This document shows, in pieces, positions 1-9,779 of a stretch of 64,000 nucleotides of DNA. A model generated the notes under the pieces. That model saw only the letters and a list, made by a program, of their open reading frames with translations. It had not been told where the DNA came from and made no database searches. The stretch spans positions 930,001-994,000 of the forward strand of contig LSRY02000004.1 of assembly GCA_001643675.2 (NCBI GenBank), in the 5' to 3' direction. The first letter of the stretch is position 1. Every line of letters begins with the position of its first letter. The DNA is from Monocercomonoides exilis PA203. Lineage: Eukaryota; Protista; Preaxostyla. A program made the position numbers and the translations under genes.

Positions 1-687
1 AAAGAAAAAGAAGATTACAAAAATAAGTTGATATGAAATAAGAGAGAGAAAAACGAGGATCATATGAATAAATGAACAAAGAAAAATCAAAAAAGAGAAA
101 GAATAGAGGATATTGAATCAAAAATCAATTTCTTTCTGAAAAAATGGATAAAAGAAATTCCGCTGAAAAGAATTGCAGGAAAATATAGTTTTGAAGACTT
201 AGCAAAGGATTGATTCAATATTTTTGAATGAGACAAAAGCAATTATATACAGCTTAAGAACGGCTGGATTTATTTCAAGGTGTATCAATTTTTCTAATTT
301 TCATTTTTTTTAATTTCCATATTTTTACTGCAGGAGACAATGAATTTAGGTGAAGAAAACAAGGAAATTCTGGGTAAAATGAAACACTTTCATGAAGATG
401 CACAAAGATGAAAAAGGAGCTGAATGATTAAGGAATTTCATTCAAACGGAATAAGCGAGGAAAGTTTAATTTCAAAAATGTTGAAGAAAAAAGAGGAAAT
501 CTATTAAAGATGGCAGTTTTTTGGAATAAATATAAAAATTGAATGAATAAGAAAAATGGAAATAAAAGCAGAGAATTGGATTTTGAAAATGGAAGTGGAG
601 AAGGAAATGATAATTTTTGTTGTTTGGTTTGATAATGGGATATTAACTGAAATATGGGCTCATTAACCCATAATCTTCATTGAAACA

Positions 688-3600
688 ATGATTCTTTTAG
701 TTTTTCTTGTGTATTTATTCTCAGTTGTAAGTAGCAAAGAAAGAAATGACAAGCTGAAGAATGAGCATGATGTTTTCCATGCTCCTGAAATGGAGAAGAG
801 TGGAATTTTGGAGAGGGGAAGTGTTGTTCAAATGTTCTGCGAAATTCACAACTCATCAGCTGAATTAAGGGCGATGTTGCTTGAAAAGCCAGATAATTGT
901 GTGATGATTGAAATCAGAGCAGGATCATTGCTGCGGGTTGAGGGGAGTGTGTTAGCGAGAAAAAACGAGTGGAATGGTCATTATGTGAGAAATGGAGGGA
1001 CATGCTGGCTGATAAACACGTCTTTGGGAATTGAGAATGGTCAGGAATGTGGAAAGATGGGGAGCATGGTGGAGATGGAAGAGGGTGACTTGTCTTCGTT
1101 ATTTGTGAGAAATTGTGAGTTTGAGGATGTTGTGTTTTGTGGGAGCGGATGCAGTTTTCTTAGAGATGGCTCAGGAAGTTTTGAAGGAATCAAAAACTGT
1201 GTATTTGCGAATATCTCAAAGAAATTCATGGAAACGGATAAAATGCCGATTGAAAAAGTGTCGATGATGAAAATGGGTTCAATGGAAGATTGCCAAATTG
1301 AAAGATCGATGAATGTGCTGGAGGGAGAGATTGTGAGTGGAACAGAAGGATCTGGCTCTTTTTTATGCAACAATTGCACATTCCATTACAACGAAAGGGT
1401 GGATAGGAGAGTGAGAAATACAGAAAGAAATTCAACAACTCAAACACAGATATATAAGAATGCTGAATGGATTGGATGCAATGCTTCATGTGGTGGAGCA
1501 CTTTATGTGCATGACAATTCGAGTGCAATGCTGACAGTTGAGAATTCATCTTTTGTGAAATGCAATGCTACATCTACAAGAGGAGGAGGGATATTTGCTT
1601 TGAAAATTGCTGAATGCACCGTGAAGCATTCCACATTTGTTGAGTGTTATTGTGTTGCATCAACAAATTATGGAGGTGCGGGAGTTGAAATCGAAGGAAT
1701 ATCGATCCAAGAAATTGTTGAGAACTGCTCATTCAAAGATGGTTGGTCAGGAAATGATGCTGGAGGGCTTGGAATTTGGAGTTCAAAGACTTTGAAAACA
1801 AAAGATTGTGTTTTGAATTGTTTTTTCCAAAATTGTAGTGTGCATTGTTCAACGAATTCTGATGGTGGAGGTTTTATTAATTGGGATACAATTGACAGAA
1901 TTGCTTTGAGAAACTGCCTTTTTCAAGAGTGCTATTCAAATTGGAGAGGCGGAGCCGTAAGTGTAACCACAAATGGATATGATGGAAATCTTTTGTGGTT
2001 TTGCTTTTTCCACAATAACACAGCACCATATGGCAATGACATTTTTGTCTATGATAACGAAACAGCCACCCAAGTTGCTTTCTGTTATTCGACAAGAGCG
2101 GAAGGAGTGAGATATAATGCCAGTGGAACAGACAAAAGTGAATGGCTGCCGAATGAAGGAGGAAGAAGCAGATTTGTTTCTTCGAAAGATAGTCAAGAGA
2201 ATGCGAAAGACGCATTTAGCTGTGGATTGAATGAAAGTTATGCATGCCTTACAATCAGTCATTGCCTTTCCCAAATGATTGAGGGGTTTGTTGAGGAAAT
2301 CAAGGTACTTTCTGGAACAGTTGTGGAAGCCAAAGGAATTGATGTAGGGGAGAAAACAATAACTGTGAATGGAGTTTCTCCATCAGGCTCAGCCATTGAA
2401 ACACAATTCGAGGGAAATGGATTGAGTCTGTTTTGTGTTGGAACAGGAAAATTGGTTGTGAGCGATCTATCTGTGATTCACAATTCTTCATTTGAAAACA
2501 ACAGACAAAGCAGACTGGTTGAGGTTGAGGGAAGTGGGTTGATGGATGTGAAGAGAATGAATATATCGATGGATTCTGCTCATTCAGAAGAGAGGAGCAT
2601 TCAGAATTCGCTTATGAAACTTGAAGGGGGAGAGTTGAAGATGAAAGATGTATTTTGGGGGAAAACATTCAGCTCCACAAGTTTGACATTACTTTCTCGG
2701 GAGGCAGCAATTTCGTTGACTCTGGATAACTTAACATTCAGCAACATCGTGAGGATAACAGCAGGATCATCGCTGATGAGTGTGAGTGAAGGATCATATT
2801 CGATAGCTCTTGAAGGATGCACGATTGATGGTTGTGGGAATGAAGACTGTGATTTTGGAGGGGGAATGATGGCTGAAGTGGGAAATGTTTGCTCATTGAT
2901 GATGAATGGAGGTGTTGTTAAGAATTGTTATGCTTCGATCAATAAAGGGAAAGGAGGTGGAATTGGGCTGAAAGTGAGAGATATAAGTGCAGAGTTTCTT
3001 ATTTCATCAGCATTTGAAGGAAACAGGGCCAAATGGGGAAGTGATATTTTTGTTGATTCGATCGATCTGGAGTCAACTGCAACAAGTGAGAAGATCACTT
3101 CATTGACTGCTTCCTTGGAAACGAAGAGCAAGATACAAGGATATGAAAACGGAGATGAGTCGTTCCCAATTCCGCTGTGTATTTATTTGTGGAACAACTT
3201 TTCTGCGCCAGCGTTTGTTGGAGGAGGATCGTTGAGCCATGATTTTTCGAAGTGTGGATTTGAAGAGTTTCCATGTTCATCCATTTCTAAGGCAGTGTCA
3301 ATCCATTTTGAAGAGCAGAAAAAGAACATTGCTCTTCTTGAGCCATTTGTCTTTGAGGAAGAATTGGAGTTGACTTCGAATGAATGGAGCATTGTATCCA
3401 AAGAGAATGAAATGAAATGTGATGTCTCTGATCTGATACAAGGAACACAAAATGGATTGATAGAAATCTCAGTCGGTGCGTCGGTATCAGGCATCGTATT
3501 TTCATTGAAGAAATCGCTGATCTTTCATGAAAGTGTGTTTGAAGTTTATTCAGTGAAGCTCATTCTGAATGGATGTGGGATGGAAGGAGGGGCTGAGAGT

Positions 3601-6600
3601 ATTTCTACAGTGTTTGTGAAAGCTGTTGGAGGGGTTGTGGATGTGATAAAGTTTGGAACAAAGAATATGAAAATTGGAGATTCATCGTTTTTCATTGTTG
3701 AAGGGAATGGAGAGAGTGTGCCTTTGATGAATATGACTCATTGCGATTTTGGAGAAATCACATTTAACGATGGGTGTGTTGTTGAGTGCCACAATGGAAA
3801 TATCGAGAAGATAACGGGATGCACATTTTCATCGATTACTCGTTCGAAGGGAAGTGGAGGATGCATAAGTGTATTGAACAATGATGTTGGAAGTGATTAC
3901 AAAGTGAAAATAAATGACTGCACATTTGAAGGATGTTCTGTTGTTGGAGAGGAAGAAGAGATTGGAGGAGGTGCACTCTTTTGTGAGGAATCTTCGAAAA
4001 CAAATCTTTTGATAAATTTGTGTTCGTTTTATTGTTGCACAGCTCCATATGAAGGGGAAGGCATTGGATATGGAGGAGGAATAATGTTGAGCTTGCTGAG
4101 TGAATCGAGTGAGGCAGATTTTGAGATATCCTCGCCGACTTTTTCATCTGGCAAGCCAAACAATGCAAAATATGGAAAGGACTTGTTTATTTCATCTCCA
4201 TCGCTTACAAAAAGCGTTAAAAATGAAACTCTGCCTTTTGTGAAAGATAGATTGGAGATGCTGACAGAAGACTCTCTGATGGGATATGATGGAGAAAACA
4301 AAGAGTGTGCAATCCCGCTGATCTATTTCTGGAAATCTATTGAAACGAGCGTGCATATTGCAGAGAAAGGATATGATGTAGTTGTGTGTGGGTTGTTGGA
4401 GTATCCATGCGCTTCTGTTGATTATGGAATGAATAGGATAGGCAATTCATCAGTTGGACAGATCATAATTCATGGCGTTTGTAACGTGAGGAGCGAAATG
4501 AGTGTGAGTGGGATGAAGTTGGAAGGAACAAATCGGGAATCAGACAAAATCCAATTTGTTCAATCACTTGAAGGGAATGGGAATGCTGTTGTTGAATGCA
4601 AAGGGGTTGTTCAGTTCAATGAAGTTGGAATTCTGATCCCCAGTGCCTTTGACAACCAAGCAAGCATCCTCATCAAGGCAGGATCAAATGCAATCAAAAT
4701 GAGTGTTGCGTGCAGTTCGATTCACACAAGCGACAATGCTGAGGATGAATTGTCATTTGTGTTGATCAGTGCAGAAAAAGGAATTGTTGAGATTGAAAAG
4801 ACAAACATCGCAGGATTGTCATCGATGTGTGAGATCATGAGTGTATCAACAGATTGCGCGACAGCAATGAACAATGTGATATTTGAAGATATTTCATTGA
4901 GTGGGAAAAGTGCAATTGCGATGAGTGAAAGTGTAATTTCTGGAAGCAAAAATGATAATGAAGGAGAAATATGGAATATTCTTTTTAAGCAATGTTCGTT
5001 TGTGAATGTGAAGCACAGTGTGTCAAATAACCCTTCATTGCTTTGTTTTGATGTGCCGAATGAAGTGAGACTGAAAATGGATAATTCGACAATTGATAAA
5101 TGTGTATCGACAAGCTCGAATGAAGGAGGAGGAATATTTTTCCTCCACAATGAGAGGGGAAAGCTGGAAATGAACCACACGAATGTGACAGAATGTTACT
5201 GCTCGAACATTGGGAGAGGAGGAGGGATATTTTTGAAATCACAAAGTGTTGCACAGAAGGCGTTGCCATTTGTGCTATCGAACATCACATTCAAAGGGAA
5301 TGTTGCATCGAAAGGGAGAGATGTGTTTGTGAAGTGCACAGACCTTGACTCGCAGATAAGTGAATCACAGTTCCTGATAAACTTTGGGGAGCCATTTGTG
5401 AAGGATCTGGCGATCTGGGGATGCACAGCAGACAATTATGGGGATGAAGAGGATCTACTGGGGAGGGTATATGTGTTCAGGAGCGAATTCATATTTGTGT
5501 CATTGATTGTGGAGAACAGCAGCGACAGCAAAAATTGTGGGGAACTGAAGGGCACATGCTCATCACTGAATGTTGGGGTGAGCCACATCATCCCATCAGA
5601 TTATTCACAGCTGTATATTTGGAATGAGACAGCTTTGAGAGATTCTTGTTCTGCTCAAAAAGTGACAATCAAATCGATGGAATCTGGGCTGAGCGCAGAC
5701 ATTTCTGTTTGTGGAATGGACATTGGGAATGAGAGCATTATTTCAACATCAGAATCTGTTCGATTTGAGAGAGTGCAATTTGTCTTTGATGCGATGCAGA
5801 GTGTTGTCTGCTCGTGCCTGATGCTCCAATTGAATGGATCGCTCTTTCTGGATTCAGTCTCATTTGTGGAAAATAGTGAATCATCTGGAAATTCGATTGC
5901 CTTTCATGATTTTTCCATTCTGATTGTTGAAGATGGTGTTGTTGAGGCAGAGAAGTGCAGTGCATGGGGGTTTGTGCTGTCAAAGCCTGCATTTTGGATC
6001 CAGAAATCCGAAAGCGCTGTTTTTGAAGATCTGACGATTCATGAAATGCGTTGCACGGGATCCATGATCGAGTGTGGCCTTATTCAGAAAATAAGTGTTT
6101 CGAAGCTTGTGGCATCAAACATCACTCTGCAAAGTGAATGTGTGATTTCAACTGATAATGGTCCTTCATTGGCTTTCATATCGCTTCAACTCTCATCTTT
6201 TGAAAATATCAGCAGATCGACTTCTGGCCCTTGTATTACAAGTGTGTCTCATTCCACTTCCACGGTCGAAATGCACAACTGCTCATGCCACAAATGCACA
6301 TCAGGAACAAATAAAGGAAGCCTTATTTCTGCAATTTCAGTGAAAAATTTGTTGATCAACTCCTGCTTGTTTGAGGGATCTCTATTTGAAAATATCGATT
6401 TGAATAAATTCAGCAGTGAAATATGCAGATGGAATGGATCGCTTGTGGAGATGGTGAGCAGCACAGCAGCGATGAAAGACACCTCCTTTGCCAACTCGCC
6501 TGAGGGAGGCCTGTCTGTGTGTGGAGGGAGCACAACCATCGAGAAAGGAGAGTTTGCCAACAATAATCCATCAATCGAAGGATACCCATCAGCAAGAAGA

Positions 6601-8436
6601 AACATTGTGTGTGGCGATGCAGGATCGCTGGATGTGATGAGTTTGAAAGGCGGAGATGGGGTGCTGCCCAACACCTCGATGTGGATTCTGAATGAAGGGT
6701 GCACTGTGAGAGGGATGGCTGAAGAAAGAGAATCTGTTTTCTTTATTCCGCGGCTGGATGGTGTGGAGGCTGAAGACGATGGAGGCGAGACAACATTGAA
6801 GTTCCACGGATCGCTTCTCTTGCCGTGCAACCTGTGGTTCCAGATGGCAACCACCATTGGGTCAGCCTCGTCGATGGCAGCTCGCCAGTTCGAGGCAGAC
6901 GGGTTTGTGAGTGAGGGCGAGGCTGTGGGGGTGCTGCCATCAGGCGCCATCCGCTCTGCTCCAGAAGAGGCAGAAGTGTCTGTGTGCATTCTGTTTGGAA
7001 GAATAGACTCTCCTTCATCAACCGAATCGTTTGTTCTGAAGAATAGAAGCGAATCTGAACTAAAAGGAGATGGAAGAATTGTTGAGGGAGGAAAAGAAGG
7101 GAAATCATTTTGGCCGATTGTTGTTGTTGTTTTAGTTGTTGTTTTATTGTTTGTAATCATTGTTTCTGTGATATTGGCAGTCAGATGGAGAAAACAAAAG
7201 AGACGAACAGAAGAGCTGGAGGTGATTGTGGAAGACACAGTGAAGAAGGATCCAAAAGCATTTGAGATGGTGACGATGGAGATATCACCAGAGGAACAAT
7301 GGAGAAGAGCAGAGAGGGAAGCTGAGAAAAAGAATGAAGAGAGGATAAAGAAAAGGGTGTATGATACGAATATACAACATTCAGAGTCATCTGAACATCT
7401 TCTATCTGAGAGTGGCTCAACAGAATACATTTTGGGGAGAGATTCAGACAAGATTCCTCAATGGGCATTGGAGAAGGTTGATGATGAGGAAGAGACGAGG
7501 AAAAGAACGCCATCTCCATCCATTTCATCCACTTCAACCACGGACACTTCAGACACAGAATCCACTTTTGTTCGAGGGGAAGATCTATGCCCCACTACTT
7601 CATCGATGTCGAATCTGGTGGATGCAATGGCCTGTTCATCGCCTCACGAGAAATTGATTGTAGATTTGAGGGATTCATTGTTCATGCTGCTTCATGGAAG
7701 GAATGAGAAAAAAGAGATGGCAATTGGCACGCTTCAGGAGAGAGAATATACAGCTGTCCAAATCCTGTTCTGGGTGGCTAATCTTGCACTCCACTCCTTT
7801 GATGAAATGGACAACCCACTTCAATCTCTTGCCAATCTAAGTCCGCACATTGTTCTCTTCTCAGAGCATATGGTGATTTGCATTGTGATGCACTCAGACT
7901 TATTGTCTGATGATGACTCAGATTCATCATCCATCTCTTCGTCAACTGTTGTGACTTCTGCAAGTGATGATGAAAGTGACTCTCTTCCTTCTTCAGCCTT
8001 TGAGGATGAAGATGATTTCAAAAAAGAGTGTCTGAGGTGGAAGGCACCCGAGCTGCTGATCAACAAGAAGATGGGGGCAACAAAGGAATCTGTTGCCTTT
8101 TCGATCGGGATGATGCTGTGGGAGTGCTTGACGCTGAAGATCCCATTTGGGGAGTATGAGGCCGAGGTGGCGGGGCAGAAGATTATGAATGGAGAGAGGC
8201 CAAAAATCGAAGCAATCCAAAAACAAACGCTGAAAGCAATCATAAAAGGATGCATCGCAGGCGAAGCACCAGAGAGATATTCCTTGTCTGCACTGAAGCG
8301 CGAATTCATCCAGCTCTTTCCGCCAGGAGCTGTGATGCTCACAATATCTGATGCAGTGGATTATGACGAACCGTCCGTTCAAGATCAAACGCAATACAGG
8401 ACTGTCCCAGAAAGCCAAAGTATTACCAATCCCTGA
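688..8436 (+). CDS. Receptor-like surface protein: signal peptide, Cys-rich beta-helix (pectin-lyase/PMP-like) ectodomain, one TM helix, degenerate tyrosine-kinase-like C-terminal domain
   Basis: Intronless 2582-aa ORF. Hydrophobic N-terminus MILLVFLVYLFSVVSS; repeated GGA(L/I/V)/GGGI and FxxC motifs; TM FWPIVVVVLVVVLLFVIIVSVILAVRW; kinase C-lobe motifs RWKAPELL, FSIGMMLWECLTLKIPF, GERP. Confidence 0.85.
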   Translation: MILLVFLVYLFSVVSSKERNDKLKNEHDVFHAPEMEKSGILERGSVVQMFCEIHNSSAELRAMLLEKPDNCVMIEIRAGSLLRVEGSVLARKNEWNGHYVRNGGTCWLINTSLGIENGQECGKMGSMVEMEEGDLSSLFVRNCEFEDVVFCGSGCSFLRDGSGSFEGIKNCVFANISKKFMETDKMPIEKVSMMKMGSMEDCQIERSMNVLEGEIVSGTEGSGSFLCNNCTFHYNERVDRRVRNTERNSTTQTQIYKNAEWIGCNASCGGALYVHDNSSAMLTVENSSFVKCNATSTRGGGIFALKIAECTVKHSTFVECYCVASTNYGGAGVEIEGISIQEIVENCSFKDGWSGNDAGGLGIWSSKTLKTKDCVLNCFFQNCSVHCSTNSDGGGFINWDTIDRIALRNCLFQECYSNWRGGAVSVTTNGYDGNLLWFCFFHNNTAPYGNDIFVYDNETATQVAFCYSTRAEGVRYNASGTDKSEWLPNEGGRSRFVSSKDSQENAKDAFSCGLNESYACLTISHCLSQMIEGFVEEIKVLSGTVVEAKGIDVGEKTITVNGVSPSGSAIETQFEGNGLSLFCVGTGKLVVSDLSVIHNSSFENNRQSRLVEVEGSGLMDVKRMNISMDSAHSEERSIQNSLMKLEGGELKMKDVFWGKTFSSTSLTLLSREAAISLTLDNLTFSNIVRITAGSSLMSVSEGSYSIALEGCTIDGCGNEDCDFGGGMMAEVGNVCSLMMNGGVVKNCYASINKGKGGGIGLKVRDISAEFLISSAFEGNRAKWGSDIFVDSIDLESTATSEKITSLTASLETKSKIQGYENGDESFPIPLCIYLWNNFSAPAFVGGGSLSHDFSKCGFEEFPCSSISKAVSIHFEEQKKNIALLEPFVFEEELELTSNEWSIVSKENEMKCDVSDLIQGTQNGLIEISVGASVSGIVFSLKKSLIFHESVFEVYSVKLILNGCGMEGGAESISTVFVKAVGGVVDVIKFGTKNMKIGDSSFFIVEGNGESVPLMNMTHCDFGEITFNDGCVVECHNGNIEKITGCTFSSITRSKGSGGCISVLNNDVGSDYKVKINDCTFEGCSVVGEEEEIGGGALFCEESSKTNLLINLCSFYCCTAPYEGEGIGYGGGIMLSLLSESSEADFEISSPTFSSGKPNNAKYGKDLFISSPSLTKSVKNETLPFVKDRLEMLTEDSLMGYDGENKECAIPLIYFWKSIETSVHIAEKGYDVVVCGLLEYPCASVDYGMNRIGNSSVGQIIIHGVCNVRSEMSVSGMKLEGTNRESDKIQFVQSLEGNGNAVVECKGVVQFNEVGILIPSAFDNQASILIKAGSNAIKMSVACSSIHTSDNAEDELSFVLISAEKGIVEIEKTNIAGLSSMCEIMSVSTDCATAMNNVIFEDISLSGKSAIAMSESVISGSKNDNEGEIWNILFKQCSFVNVKHSVSNNPSLLCFDVPNEVRLKMDNSTIDKCVSTSSNEGGGIFFLHNERGKLEMNHTNVTECYCSNIGRGGGIFLKSQSVAQKALPFVLSNITFKGNVASKGRDVFVKCTDLDSQISESQFLINFGEPFVKDLAIWGCTADNYGDEEDLLGRVYVFRSEFIFVSLIVENSSDSKNCGELKGTCSSLNVGVSHIIPSDYSQLYIWNETALRDSCSAQKVTIKSMESGLSADISVCGMDIGNESIISTSESVRFERVQFVFDAMQSVVCSCLMLQLNGSLFLDSVSFVENSESSGNSIAFHDFSILIVEDGVVEAEKCSAWGFVLSKPAFWIQKSESAVFEDLTIHEMRCTGSMIECGLIQKISVSKLVASNITLQSECVISTDNGPSLAFISLQLSSFENISRSTSGPCITSVSHSTSTVEMHNCSCHKCTSGTNKGSLISAISVKNLLINSCLFEGSLFENIDLNKFSSEICRWNGSLVEMVSSTAAMKDTSFANSPEGGLSVCGGSTTIEKGEFANNNPSIEGYPSARRNIVCGDAGSLDVMSLKGGDGVLPNTSMWILNEGCTVRGMAEERESVFFIPRLDGVEAEDDGGETTLKFHGSLLLPCNLWFQMATTIGSASSMAARQFEADGFVSEGEAVGVLPSGAIRSAPEEAEVSVCILFGRIDSPSSTESFVLKNRSESELKGDGRIVEGGKEGKSFWPIVVVVLVVVLLFVIIVSVILAVRWRKQKRRTEELEVIVEDTVKKDPKAFEMVTMEISPEEQWRRAEREAEKKNEERIKKRVYDTNIQHSESSEHLLSESGSTEYILGRDSDKIPQWALEKVDDEEETRKRTPSPSISSTSTTDTSDTESTFVRGEDLCPTTSSMSNLVDAMACSSPHEKLIVDLRDSLFMLLHGRNEKKEMAIGTLQEREYTAVQILFWVANLALHSFDEMDNPLQSLANLSPHIVLFSEHMVICIVMHSDLLSDDDSDSSSISSSTVVTSASDDESDSLPSSAFEDEDDFKKECLRWKAPELLINKKMGATKESVAFSIGMMLWECLTLKIPFGEYEAEVAGQKIMNGERPKIEAIQKQTLKAIIKGCIAGEAPERYSLSALKREFIQLFPPGAVMLTISDAVDYDEPSVQDQTQYRTVPESQSITNP

Positions 8437-9779
8437 ATGGATACATGCACATATTCCAGAAAGTTGTGCACTTCTGATATCCTCACAGAATTGGCATCGC
8501 TGATGTGAATTATCGCAAAGGATGGTGCACGAAGCACGAAGCACGAAGGATGTTGAAGGCATTTTATTTCTTGCAAGATTTCCGTTTATCCTCTTATCGC
8601 AATTATGTGTTCTTCTTCTTTTGTTTTTTTAATATATTTTCATATCACAAGATTTTGTATTTGCCTTTTTCCGAAACACATAGTTCAGCATTGAATGGAC
8701 TGCAAATATGCAAAATCCCAGATTATTTCTCTTTTTCATTTGCATTCAAAACTTTAAAAATGTTCATCAACTGATGCCGCAATACTGCCAATAGGAAGAC
8801 GACTGCAATCATAAGAATAAATAATAAAGCAATACGTTTCATGTTGTAACAGTACGCACCGTCCAATGCAATTGTCTTTCCATCTCCATAAGAATGGCAT
8901 GATGCAGAATACAAATCCCCATTGCTGTTCGTTCGCTTGTCTGCTCCTTTGATCTAATTGCTTCAGAATACTCAATAATGCGGTAGTAAGAAAAAAACCT
9001 TCGAGATGGCCTCTTTGTGGAAGGCATTGCTATGCTTTCTCATCATCGAATAAAAAAGCTCAAACCCCAAAGGAGCACCAAATAAAGAGAAGCATGACGC
9101 AGAAATGCTCTGCACGGAAGAAGAAACAAAGTCCATTCTTTTTGCATTCAGCTGCACTTTCGAAACAATGGAGAAAAAAAATACTTGTTTCCATTTTGCA
9201 TAAACGTATTGCATTGCCATCTCCAGAAGCAAATCCATTGCCATTTAATAGATTTTCGTGCCCTCGCTCAAGAATCTCGAGAATTTCGCTTCCTTTTTTT
9301 TTCACATCTCAATAAATGTTTCCAGTAGCAGTCCTTATCCCTCACAATTCCTTCTTCTCCTATTGTCCATTCTTTCGCAAAATTTTAGTTCTCTCATGTT
9401 CCTGCTCACCTTTAGCCTCAAATAGCCTCAGGAATTCTTCTCTTCAGTCAAAACAAAATAAAACAAAATAAAGGTCTTTTCCTTTTTTTTGTTTTGCTTT
9501 GTTCACTGAAATGAAAGCTACCTGTAGATGCATTGGCAAATGTCAAAAAGTCATCATTTACGTGATAAAGGAGCTTATATTTCTTATCCGCTTGACAATT
9601 GAGAAGATGAAGATGAATCTGTAACAAGAATGTAAGTTAAATTTTTTGTGTTGAAAATGGAATTTTTAATTTGTTTCAATTTATTTTCGAAAATGTTATG
9701 AGACCAAAAAGGATGTCAATAATTAACTATGATCGAAATGAAATATAAATTTTTTATTTTTTTGATATTTTGATAAAAA

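Noticed and set aside
1-600. Purine-rich coding-like sequence with an intron-like segment (280-333, gtgtat..ctgcag)
   Set aside because: Stops occur in all forward frames and no family is recognisable; at most a decayed gene remnant.
6249-7451. 400-aa antisense ORF and the many other antisense poly-E/K/L/M ORFs in the track
   Set aside because: These are shadows of real genes and of (TCT)n/(TCA)n tracts, which lack stops on the opposite strand.
8500-9430. Overlapping short minus-strand ORFs and a gcacgaa triple repeat
   Set aside because: I could not build a coherent spliced model or recognise a transposase or other motif; possibly a pseudogene.
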